In this document: positions 40,385 through 48,371 of the stretch, piece after piece
Layout of the letters: the number at the start of each line of letters is the position of its first letter
How positions within the stretch are numbered: the first letter of the stretch is position 1
From: a virus
IMG/VR virus record: IMGVR_UViG_3300027741_000048
Location: 15,265 to 79,264 of that record
Reading direction: 5' to 3' (one strand)
DNA length: 64,000 bases
The notes under the pieces: model-generated
Told to the model about the DNA's origin: nothing
Databases searched by the model: none
What the model saw: the letters and a program-made list of their open reading frames with translations, nothing else
Program-made: the position numbers and the translations under genes

Positions 40385-41067
40385 AATAAAAAGAACGGTG
40401 AGTTTTTTGTAAAGCCTCCGACAGATGTTATCCCTTCGAGAGTTATTTGATATAAGACGCCTTCTTCCAGGGAAGTAAAATTAGTCTCTGGAAGAGATGA
40501 AAAGGTATTATTAATCAGGTCTGCGTAAATAGTGCTACCAGATCTCGCAATGAAAGTATTATGTGTTACTTTATTATAAATCCATAATCCAAATGTACCT
40601 TCGAGTTTTGAAAGAATTTTACAAATAAGATCGGTTTCGCTTAACCCTGATTCGTCGCTTTCTTGCGCTAACAAGGCAGGTATTACTGACGAATCAACCT
40701 CATTAAATGTATTTTTATCTCGAACTTGGTTTTTTAGTTTAATGTCATTAGTTAATACGCCATTGTGCGCGACAACCCACATATTGCATTCAAATGGGTG
40801 TGACGTTTTTCGATCAAAGGAACGTTTAGAGCTTGTCGGTGCCTGTGTATGTCCTAGATAATAATAAAAATCGGATGGTCGCATTGATACACTACTATTT
40901 TGAATTGACATATTTTTTGACAATTCAACAACGCTTTCTTCTTTAACGATAGCGTCGTATGCATGACTTAAAAATAAACCGCCGTATGCAAATGTACCAC
41001 GTTCTTTATTTTTATTATAAAGTTTGCTGTATTTAGCAAACTCGTTGGATCCAAATATTCCGCAAAT
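40381..41067 (-). CDS. Class II glutamine amidotransferase (Ntn), predicted ATT start
   Basis: Frame is open upstream of the tracked ORF to ATT-TGC-GGA-ATA-TTT-GGA ([M]CGIFG); ERG, LGHTQAPT, HPF, VAHNGVLTN, VDS, LEGTFG motifs; SD AGGAGG 8 nt upstream. Confidence 0.8.
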   Translation of the reverse strand: MCGIFGSNEFAKYSKLYNKNKERGTFAYGGLFLSHAYDAIVKEESVVELSKNMSIQNSSVSMRPSDFYYYLGHTQAPTSSKRSFDRKTSHPFECNMWVVAHNGVLTNDIKLKNQVRDKNTFNEVDSSVIPALLAQESDESGLSETDLICKILSKLEGTFGLWIYNKVTHNTFIARSGSTIYADLINNTFSSLPETNFTSLEEGVLYQITLEGITSVGGFTKNSPFFLL

Positions 41068-41071
41068 AGCG

Positions 41072-41107
41072 TTACCCTCCTCTCCTGTTTGAATAGCTAA
41101 TATTCAT
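41072..41107 (-). other. 11-codon upstream ORF MNISYSNRRGG containing the SD for the amidotransferase
   Basis: ATG 10 nt after TTGATA-N16-TATAAT (41145-41118); stop 4 nt before the ATT. Confidence 0.4.
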
Positions 41108-41110
41108 AGT

Positions 41111-41170
41111 ATGAATTATTATATCTATAAAATAACCAATATCAATACAGGAAAATTTTATATTGGTTAA
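41111..41170 (+). pseudogene. Truncated GIY-YIG homing endonuclease relic
   Basis: MNYYIYKITNINTGKFYIG* = YIY...YIG core then immediate stop. Confidence 0.7.
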
Positions 41171-41258
41171 TATAATAGTCAAAGCTCGGTTGTATTTAGA
41201 TATTTTAAAATTTAATATCGAACTTCTGCATATGGATAAGAATAAATAATTCAAGCAT

Positions 41259-42155
41259 ATGAATCGTGATTCACATTTAATTTTTGAAGCATATACGCAG
41301 CGTTTAACGGAAATGGCTCTTAAGACAGATTATACAAAGGTCCGTGAAGCTATCATTAATGGTCTAAAGGGCAGATCAGGTAATTCTTATCTCTTTAAGA
41401 CAGTTGCAGATAAAACTGGACAGAGTGTAGAAGAAGTTGTTGATGTACTTGTTAAGCCTGTGATCGACGCGTTATTCCCAGGTGGTGTATTCTCATCGAC
41501 AGGTGAGAGAAAGGACCAGGTCAGTAAATTACAAAATTCGATTCATCAAGAGCTTGCAAGACAGTACGGCAGTGCTGTATCAGGTTATACAGCGAGAATT
41601 ATTAAGAATTTTATCGATAATGTTATCGAGACAGTAGATGATGAAGTTGAGCAAGGAGAGCCTGTTTCAGATGCTAAGAATGACGTTGTAGCAGCGATTG
41701 CACAGGTTGCTGATAAATCTGAAGAAGAGGTAAATAGTGGAGCTACGCAGGAGCAGCCATTAGAAGTAGATGCATCTACAGAAGGTAGCGCCGGTGGCAA
41801 TGCACTATTACAGCATGCTGTTGATCAGGTTGGTGATGGTATTAATGAGGATGAATTAATTGATATTCTTAAACAGCATATCGTACAGAAGGATTCTGAT
41901 GTTAGTGAAGCACGTGCCAAAGGCCAAGCAAAAGGTGTTATTAACAAGCTTATTGCATCAAACGTCCTTACAAAAAGAGGTACATATCTTGAACCTGGTG
42001 AAAAGGCTGATGAGTTTGCCGAAAAGGGTGATTTATCTCTTGTCGGTGCTAGTGAAAAAGAATATGCCGCGCGTGAATTCGGTGTTGGTAGTCGACCGAC
42101 ATCAGGTCGCCAAGTCTTCGGCGGCGAAGACAGATTCGGCGGAATGTTCGGTTAA
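41259..42155 (+). CDS. Hypothetical late protein
   Basis: TAAATA at 41243-41248; N-terminus MNRDSHLIFEAY. Confidence 0.65.
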   Translation: MNRDSHLIFEAYTQRLTEMALKTDYTKVREAIINGLKGRSGNSYLFKTVADKTGQSVEEVVDVLVKPVIDALFPGGVFSSTGERKDQVSKLQNSIHQELARQYGSAVSGYTARIIKNFIDNVIETVDDEVEQGEPVSDAKNDVVAAIAQVADKSEEEVNSGATQEQPLEVDASTEGSAGGNALLQHAVDQVGDGINEDELIDILKQHIVQKDSDVSEARAKGQAKGVINKLIASNVLTKRGTYLEPGEKADEFAEKGDLSLVGASEKEYAAREFGVGSRPTSGRQVFGGEDRFGGMFG

Positions 42156-42868
42156 ACCTTACCGAGTAAGTGATCCCAGGGTATATTTCTAGAATATTTA
42201 AGAGGATCCTCAATACCTGCATCTATAAAGCCCTTAAGTCTCAAAGCACATGCTGTGCATTCTCCGCATGCTTCTTCAAGACCTTCATAGCAAGTCCATG
42301 TATGACTAAAGTCAACACCGAGCTTTAATCCGAATTCAATAATCTCCTTCTTTGAGAGACCAATTAATGGAGCTTCAATGGTAATTTTATTTCTCCTATT
42401 CAAAACAGTTATATTATTAATAACTGATAAAAACTCTGGCGATCCATCCCAATATCCTGCGACAGAGTCAGCTTGAGCTGCACCGTGATATACAACACCG
42501 GCACCGAAGCTTTCAGCGTATGAGCATGCAATGCTCAAAAGCATCATATTTCTAAATGGTACGTAATTAACTGTTTGCGGGTCACCCATTACATCTTTCG
42601 CTTTAGCAACATCAATAGTATGATCTGTTAACGATGAACTCTTAATACTATTAAAAAATGGTAACTCTACTACATTGCTAGTACGTATTTTACTATTAAC
42701 GGTTTCGTTAACATTATTAATCTGCCAACTAGCGTATTCTAATTCTTTCTTATGTCTTTGACCGTAATCAAAAGAGATGACATGTACATCATCAAACTTT
42801 GATGCCGCTAAATGCAGTAGTACAGTACTATCCATACCACCGCTTACTGGCACTACAACCTTACTCAT
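42152..42868 (-). CDS. queC: 7-cyano-7-deazaguanine synthase
   Basis: SGGMDS, FDYGQRH..EL, YVPFRN, TWTCY....CGECTAC.LR; start overlaps the uvsX stop. Confidence 0.93.
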   Translation of the reverse strand: MSKVVVPVSGGMDSTVLLHLAASKFDDVHVISFDYGQRHKKELEYASWQINNVNETVNSKIRTSNVVELPFFNSIKSSSLTDHTIDVAKAKDVMGDPQTVNYVPFRNMMLLSIACSYAESFGAGVVYHGAAQADSVAGYWDGSPEFLSVINNITVLNRRNKITIEAPLIGLSKKEIIEFGLKLGVDFSHTWTCYEGLEEACGECTACALRLKGFIDAGIEDPLKYSRNIPWDHLLGKV

Positions 42869-43988
42869 TTTCAAGTACCTCGAGATTATCACCGCTTACT
42901 TCAGCGCTGTTATATTTATAATCTTCAGCTAGCCGCTTATCTAGTTCAGGAATAATAAAATCTTCAAAGAAAGATATATCCTTAACAAAATTCTTTGCAT
43001 AACCAAGTTTATCGCCCTTCTTATATTTACCTGAATCCATACCGACAACATAGGTAGAACCGGTTTGTTCGATAATACCACGAGCGGTAGCCATTTGAAG
43101 AAGACCACTGTATTTGTTAAGTCCAGACTTAAAAGAAAGATACATCTCAGCTTCAAGAAAAGGCGGTACAAATCGGTTCTTAACTGTAAGTGCGCGAATA
43201 GTAGTACCAGAGTATTTGTTAGCTTCTGCAAGCTTAGTTGTATTTACTGCACCTGAATCACCTTCACCTTCTTTTTCATTTCTCTTTGCAAGCTGTACAA
43301 GAATACTCGCCATATAAACAGGACCTGATCCACCGGATTGAGTTTTAACTAAAGACGGAAACATGGCACCAGGATCAGAATATGTATGATTGGTAAAGAG
43401 AATCGTTACACCCGCTTTACCTGCCTTATATGTAAGGGTTCTGAGCATCGATTTAAGTGACTTTGCTCTTAGACCCATATCAGCTGCTGATTTATCCTTA
43501 GCAATATCGTCAATTTCCTTTTGTGATGATAGATTACCGAGACTGTCAATACTAATAATAAACTTACCCTGCTGACCTGCTTCAATTACACTATCAAGAA
43601 ATGCTGATATTTGATTACGACATTGATCAACAGTATAAACTGGAACATATTTTGTCTTACTAGCATCAAGTCCTACGCCTTTCGTCGATCCTTCGTCAAT
43701 AGCAAACTCCGTATCGAAGATAACGGGAATAACGTCTTGCTTCTGAGCGTTAGCAAGAATCTTATTAACAATAAATGTCTTGCCTGTCATTGACTCACCG
43801 GAAAATCCTATTATACGCCCCTTCGGTACTCCGCCTTTTCTACAGCTGCCTCCAAGTATAGCGTTCAGTGCATAGCAGCCTGTATCGTACCAGGTGTCAA
43901 CGTTAGAAAGAGCGTTGTCATCGAGAAATGAGGCCTCAGCATTCATTGAATCAAGCTTTTTGAAAATGTTATCAATTTCTTTACTCAT
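42861..43988 (-). CDS. uvsX: RecA-like recombinase
   Basis: DTGCYALNAIL, GESMTGKT, FDTE, IDSLGNL, DMGLRAK, TNHTY, KNRF. Confidence 0.93.
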   Translation of the reverse strand: MSKEIDNIFKKLDSMNAEASFLDDNALSNVDTWYDTGCYALNAILGGSCRKGGVPKGRIIGFSGESMTGKTFIVNKILANAQKQDVIPVIFDTEFAIDEGSTKGVGLDASKTKYVPVYTVDQCRNQISAFLDSVIEAGQQGKFIISIDSLGNLSSQKEIDDIAKDKSAADMGLRAKSLKSMLRTLTYKAGKAGVTILFTNHTYSDPGAMFPSLVKTQSGGSGPVYMASILVQLAKRNEKEGEGDSGAVNTTKLAEANKYSGTTIRALTVKNRFVPPFLEAEMYLSFKSGLNKYSGLLQMATARGIIEQTGSTYVVGMDSGKYKKGDKLGYAKNFVKDISFFEDFIIPELDKRLAEDYKYNSAEVSGDNLEVLENE

Positions 43989-44025
43989 ATACAAATAGTA
44001 TCATCTCTTATTCTAAAAAATCAAC

Positions 44026-44054
44026 AAAAAAAAAAAGCGGGCGCAAGGCCCGCT
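44026..44054 (-). terminator. Rho-independent terminator
   Basis: AGCGGGC-CTTGC-GCCCGCT followed by a T run on the minus strand. Confidence 0.88.
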
Positions 44055-44083
44055 CGAAAAACGCAGATGTTTTTTAATACTTC

Positions 44084-44458
44084 TTAATTATCGTCAAAAA
44101 GCTTGACAACGGGAGGCTCGGTGCTTCCTGGTGCTGCAATCACAGGCTGCTCAGTAAAGAGCTTACTGTACTGCTCGATAAGACGAGCGTCGTTATCAAT
44201 GTCGACGCCAATTACGACAGTTGCGTAATTATACTTCCAAACAGTTCCGTTTGCCTTGCTCTTTTCTCCAACGAATTCGCGGAAATAGAGTGGAATAGTC
44301 TGGACGTTAAGCTGTCCCTGCTGGGTCGGCTGGACGTGAATAATTGCTGGGTTCTTTACTGAGAACGTACCGTCGCCGTTGTCACCGAGAAACTCACCGA
44401 TAACCGTGCGGCCGATATGATCAATAAACGTTGTTATGTTGTTTGCTGTTTCGCTCAT
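44084..44458 (-). CDS. Hypothetical beta-rich protein downstream of DNA polymerase
   Basis: ORF with its own TTGATT-N17-TAATAT promoter and terminator. Confidence 0.6.
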   Translation of the reverse strand: MSETANNITTFIDHIGRTVIGEFLGDNGDGTFSVKNPAIIHVQPTQQGQLNVQTIPLYFREFVGEKSKANGTVWKYNYATVVIGVDIDNDARLIEQYSKLFTEQPVIAAPGSTEPPVVKLFDDN

Positions 44459-44495
44459 ACGTGAATATATTAACTATAACTTAACTAAAAATCAA

Positions 44496-47084
44496 CTAGT
44501 TCATACCTAAAAGATCGAAAAGATCTATTTGCATGTCGTTGCCTGGCTTTTTTATCTGCCAATTAACAGCTTCATAAAAACGCTCGATAACAGAGTAGAT
44601 AATCGTTTCAAACATCTTTTCATAATCGATTTCAAAAACCGCTTCAAATTCTTTTGGATAGTAGTATTTGTAGCCAACTACTGATAGGCCAAAGCTATTT
44701 GGCTTACGTACCTCAATAAATCGTACTTTGTCTCCTGAGGTAAGTTTCTCATATTTTCTCTCAATACCGAAGCGATCAAGCAGGACGTTGTGGTAGTACG
44801 CTGCTTTGACGTGCTTAGGCATGCCCTTGACGGTCTCGAATCCATTACATTTATTGGCGTACTTTTCGTAGCCTTTTACACCCATGACATACGCAATGTC
44901 CTCGATAGGCAGACTCTTAAAGATATCATAGGTCTCGTTAAAGACCTTGTTAGTCTGATTGTAGTCCTTGGTTAAAAGCATTGTCTCGATAATTTTCTTT
45001 ACATACGGCTTGATAGGTGCAGGCATGGTTGTACGCACTACCTCAACACCTGTGTATTTGAATTTCTTCCCTGGTATGCCTTCTACATCGAGTGTATGTA
45101 GAACGTATCGTTTTTTAGCTAAGAAAAGACCTGCATTGGCGATTGCTTCTCGTTTAAATACAAGTCTGCAATCTTTCGAACCAAGAGCGCTTCTTCCCCA
45201 GCTCGTAATTTCTTTGTTTAGATGCGCTTCAATGTCTTCAACAGCTTTATAATATTCCGGTGCTACATCGCCGTTTTTATCAAAGATAGGAATCTTTTTC
45301 GCTTCAACGAGATGCTTGATAGAGATATAGCTCGAATCTGTATCATTGTAGATAATCGGAGAATTTGTTTCAAGATAATCGTCAGACAGTCCTGTATGCT
45401 TCTTGATGTAGTCGGTTAATATTCGGTTCGATTCTTTAATTACCGCTTGTCCTGTTAGTGTAATGGAATTAGCAAGATCATCGTCACCGAGCGGGCTGTG
45501 CTTGTTACCAAAATATCCGTACACCGTGTTCATCAAGATTTTAATAGTGTGTTGACGTATATTAAGACGGTCTATTTCAATCTGTAATGTATGATACTCA
45601 GGTGTATTCTCCTGTAACGTTAAGAGTTTTTTCTTCGCTTTTGTTAGCTGCTTTTTAACTTCGACACGCTTGTTGTAGTAGTAATCAATTGTGTCAGGTA
45701 TGATTCCTTTCTCCTTCTGCGTGAAGAGAATCTTTGCTCGAGATATGGCGATCTCCTCTTGCTTCACGAATGCAGCGAATTTCTCATGCGTTAGTGTAAA
45801 TGTCTGACCGTTTACGTGCTTAATGGTTATATCCTTATCCGTCTTATCGGTAATCTTGCCGATTTTCGTCTCAGGAGAGAGATTAAGCGTAATCATTGTA
45901 TTTGGATATAGACTGTTTGCATCGAGTGAGATGATATGCTCTTGAAATCCTCGTTGCGGATCAGCTACGTAAGCACCTTTATTCTTTGTATCGTCTTTTA
46001 CATCCTTTATAAAAGTTGGAATACGTTTATCCTTTAAGCGTGCTCGAATTGCGCATAGCCCTGTAATTACAGAAAGCGAGCCAAGAGCTCCCTCGAATGT
46101 AGTTAGACCGGCGTATGCTATCATACGTAACAGCTGTATATACTGTAGCTTTTGTTCTAATCTTACGAGAAGGTTAACGTCCTGGATGTTGTAGTCAACA
46201 AATGTCTCCCAGTCGTTATCTGCTAGTTCTGTGAGATTCTGATCACCGTAATCAATCTTACGTTCATTCAACTCAATTTCTCCAATCGCATCGAGCTTAT
46301 ACGACTCGCGCAGGGTTTGACAAAACCGTTTATACACGTCAAGATAATCGACGCAGGATAAACCCTCTACATACCATTTGACCTGCTCTTTACCGTACTT
46401 ACCGAGAAACGTTCGTGATCGTAGCGAACCAACCGGAGATAACTCTTGCATAGCTTCTTCGCCAAGTATTTTCTTTACACGATTTATAACATACGGTACA
46501 TCAAAGAATTCTGAGTTCCAGCCAGAGAGAATATCGCAGTAATCTTTCGTAAAGAAATTAAGAAACTTGCGCAGTAGTTCTTCTTCGTTTTTACAAGCAG
46601 TGTATATTACGTCATCTGATTTCGTTGTATACGGTTTAAGTCCCCAGGAGTAGAACTTCTTAACCAATGTATCGTATATAGTTATAATATTAATAGTATC
46701 GGTGGGATCTTGCGGGTTCGGAAACGCATCTGGCGAATACGTCTCGATATCGATAAAATACACCTTGAGCGGAAACTTAGTGAAATCTGGCTTCTCATTC
46801 TCCTGCCAGTATGCGTCAATAAGGAATTGCTGATAGACGTTAAAGTTCTCGAAAACACGCGTAACTTTGTTATCTTTGAGATAACGTGATCGATCGTATT
46901 GATTCTTAAAGCGCTTCCGCTTTAGCTTAGTATTAAAGATACTCTGAGCGTCAGCAGCGTTGTTTGTTTCAAGATAAATATATGGTTCGTATGTACTCGG
47001 TAACGTAATTCGCTTACCGTTCTCGTCCCACGTATATAAATTTATACATTGTTGCTGTGATGAATATGAAACATTTCTATACAC
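44496..47084 (-). CDS. gp43: Family B DNA polymerase
   Basis: DIETY, GWNSEFFDVPY, YNIQDV, SLDANSLYP, KILMNTVYG, YNDTDS, KKRY; likely GTG start at 47084. Confidence 0.96.
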   Translation of the reverse strand: MYRNVSYSSQQQCINLYTWDENGKRITLPSTYEPYIYLETNNAADAQSIFNTKLKRKRFKNQYDRSRYLKDNKVTRVFENFNVYQQFLIDAYWQENEKPDFTKFPLKVYFIDIETYSPDAFPNPQDPTDTINIITIYDTLVKKFYSWGLKPYTTKSDDVIYTACKNEEELLRKFLNFFTKDYCDILSGWNSEFFDVPYVINRVKKILGEEAMQELSPVGSLRSRTFLGKYGKEQVKWYVEGLSCVDYLDVYKRFCQTLRESYKLDAIGEIELNERKIDYGDQNLTELADNDWETFVDYNIQDVNLLVRLEQKLQYIQLLRMIAYAGLTTFEGALGSLSVITGLCAIRARLKDKRIPTFIKDVKDDTKNKGAYVADPQRGFQEHIISLDANSLYPNTMITLNLSPETKIGKITDKTDKDITIKHVNGQTFTLTHEKFAAFVKQEEIAISRAKILFTQKEKGIIPDTIDYYYNKRVEVKKQLTKAKKKLLTLQENTPEYHTLQIEIDRLNIRQHTIKILMNTVYGYFGNKHSPLGDDDLANSITLTGQAVIKESNRILTDYIKKHTGLSDDYLETNSPIIYNDTDSSYISIKHLVEAKKIPIFDKNGDVAPEYYKAVEDIEAHLNKEITSWGRSALGSKDCRLVFKREAIANAGLFLAKKRYVLHTLDVEGIPGKKFKYTGVEVVRTTMPAPIKPYVKKIIETMLLTKDYNQTNKVFNETYDIFKSLPIEDIAYVMGVKGYEKYANKCNGFETVKGMPKHVKAAYYHNVLLDRFGIERKYEKLTSGDKVRFIEVRKPNSFGLSVVGYKYYYPKEFEAVFEIDYEKMFETIIYSVIERFYEAVNWQIKKPGNDMQIDLFDLLGMN

Positions 47085-47091
47085 AAAAATT

Positions 47092-47120
47092 AATATAGCG
47101 TATACGCTATATCTTATCAA
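47092..47120 (-). promoter_or_regulatory. Sigma70-type promoter overlapped by a perfect 20-bp palindrome
   Basis: TTGATA-N17-TATATT 7 nt before the GTG; ATATAGCGTATACGCTATAT at 47093-47112. Confidence 0.6.
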
Positions 47121-48361
47121 GATATAATATTATTAACAGCGTTGATGAGCTTCCTATCTTTATGACCGTACGGTAATGTATGCAACTCAACGTACTTGTT
47201 GATATTATCTTCATTTTCCAACCAACGGCTCTCGGATATCTTTCTCATCTTTGTACATATATTCATGTATCTACCCTTTTTCGAGAGAACATCGTCGACG
47301 ATATCTATCATCTCTTCACCGGTATCAAACTTATACGGTGCGTTTTCGTATGTAACAATATTCTGACATGCAATTGGCAGACCATAGCTACATGCCTCGA
47401 CGAATTTAAGATCAGACTTTGCTTTATTGAAAGTGTTATTTTGTAAAGGCGCTACCATCATATTAACATTGAGGTTTGCGATTTTTTCAGGGTATCTATA
47501 GAGAGTCTCCCATGGGTGGTATTCGAACTCTCTACTCTGTATAAGATCATGCAATGGAAGAGGATATGCGCCTAAGAATACCCATTGATACTTGTCTTTT
47601 GTAGCGCGTATGACTCTATTAACATGCGCAAAATCGTCGTTTTGACCTACTCTATTATCAACATCAAAATGAGCTCCGGATCCTGCGTAGAGAATTCTTG
47701 GCTTCTTCTGATACCTATCATAGTTCTCAGATATTCTCTTTTCGTTGTAGTAATTACCCATCCAAAATTTCGGTGGGTAGTTTGGTATAACGGTAACATT
47801 CTTATTATTTGTCTTGCTCTGGTAATATTCCTTCATGAAGTCACATGTTACAGTAATCTCATCACATAACTCCATGATCTCTTGCGCTGTTTTCCTGATT
47901 ATCGGGTCGGTAAAGGCTGGCTTGAATTTATTATACTCAGGGATATCTTCACTGAAGACAAGATCATCAATCTCATAGATAATTCTAAAACCGAGTTCCT
48001 GACTTACTTTTTTAAGAAATTTTATAAATTCAAGCTGATGCGTGGTAGCCTGTCGTTGTATACGAACGCATTTTGCTCCTCTAAAATAGTTAGGATCAAA
48101 ACACATCATTGTACTACCATGGACAACCTGCTTCTGATGAGCGTTAAGTATATGCTCCGGCCAGATCATTCTCCAAAAACCACAGCCACTATAATCTGCA
48201 TAATAGTTAATTACGCGCTCAAGAGAGAGCTCCGGAGGCTGCGGAAGAGGTTGCTGCGCCATAATCGGTTGACTACCCGCAGTAGCAAAAGGCGATGGTC
48301 CGAACGGTGAGGGAGAGAACGGTGAAACAAAAGGCGACGGAAAAAACGGACTTGTAATCAT
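47117..48361 (-). CDS. GT-B fold glycosyltransferase
   Basis: SGCGFWRM..P, IYEIDDL, VTVIPN, APLQNNTFNKAKSDLKFVEA..GLP. Confidence 0.75.
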   Translation of the reverse strand: MITSPFFPSPFVSPFSPSPFGPSPFATAGSQPIMAQQPLPQPPELSLERVINYYADYSGCGFWRMIWPEHILNAHQKQVVHGSTMMCFDPNYFRGAKCVRIQRQATTHQLEFIKFLKKVSQELGFRIIYEIDDLVFSEDIPEYNKFKPAFTDPIIRKTAQEIMELCDEITVTCDFMKEYYQSKTNNKNVTVIPNYPPKFWMGNYYNEKRISENYDRYQKKPRILYAGSGAHFDVDNRVGQNDDFAHVNRVIRATKDKYQWVFLGAYPLPLHDLIQSREFEYHPWETLYRYPEKIANLNVNMMVAPLQNNTFNKAKSDLKFVEACSYGLPIACQNIVTYENAPYKFDTGEEMIDIVDDVLSKKGRYMNICTKMRKISESRWLENEDNINKYVELHTLPYGHKDRKLINAVNNIIS

Positions 48362-48371
48362 ACTTAGTTAG

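Noticed and set aside
41072-41254. 60-aa minus-strand ORF as a real protein
   Set aside because: Mostly antisense to the GIY-YIG relic; only the last 11 codons follow the predicted promoter
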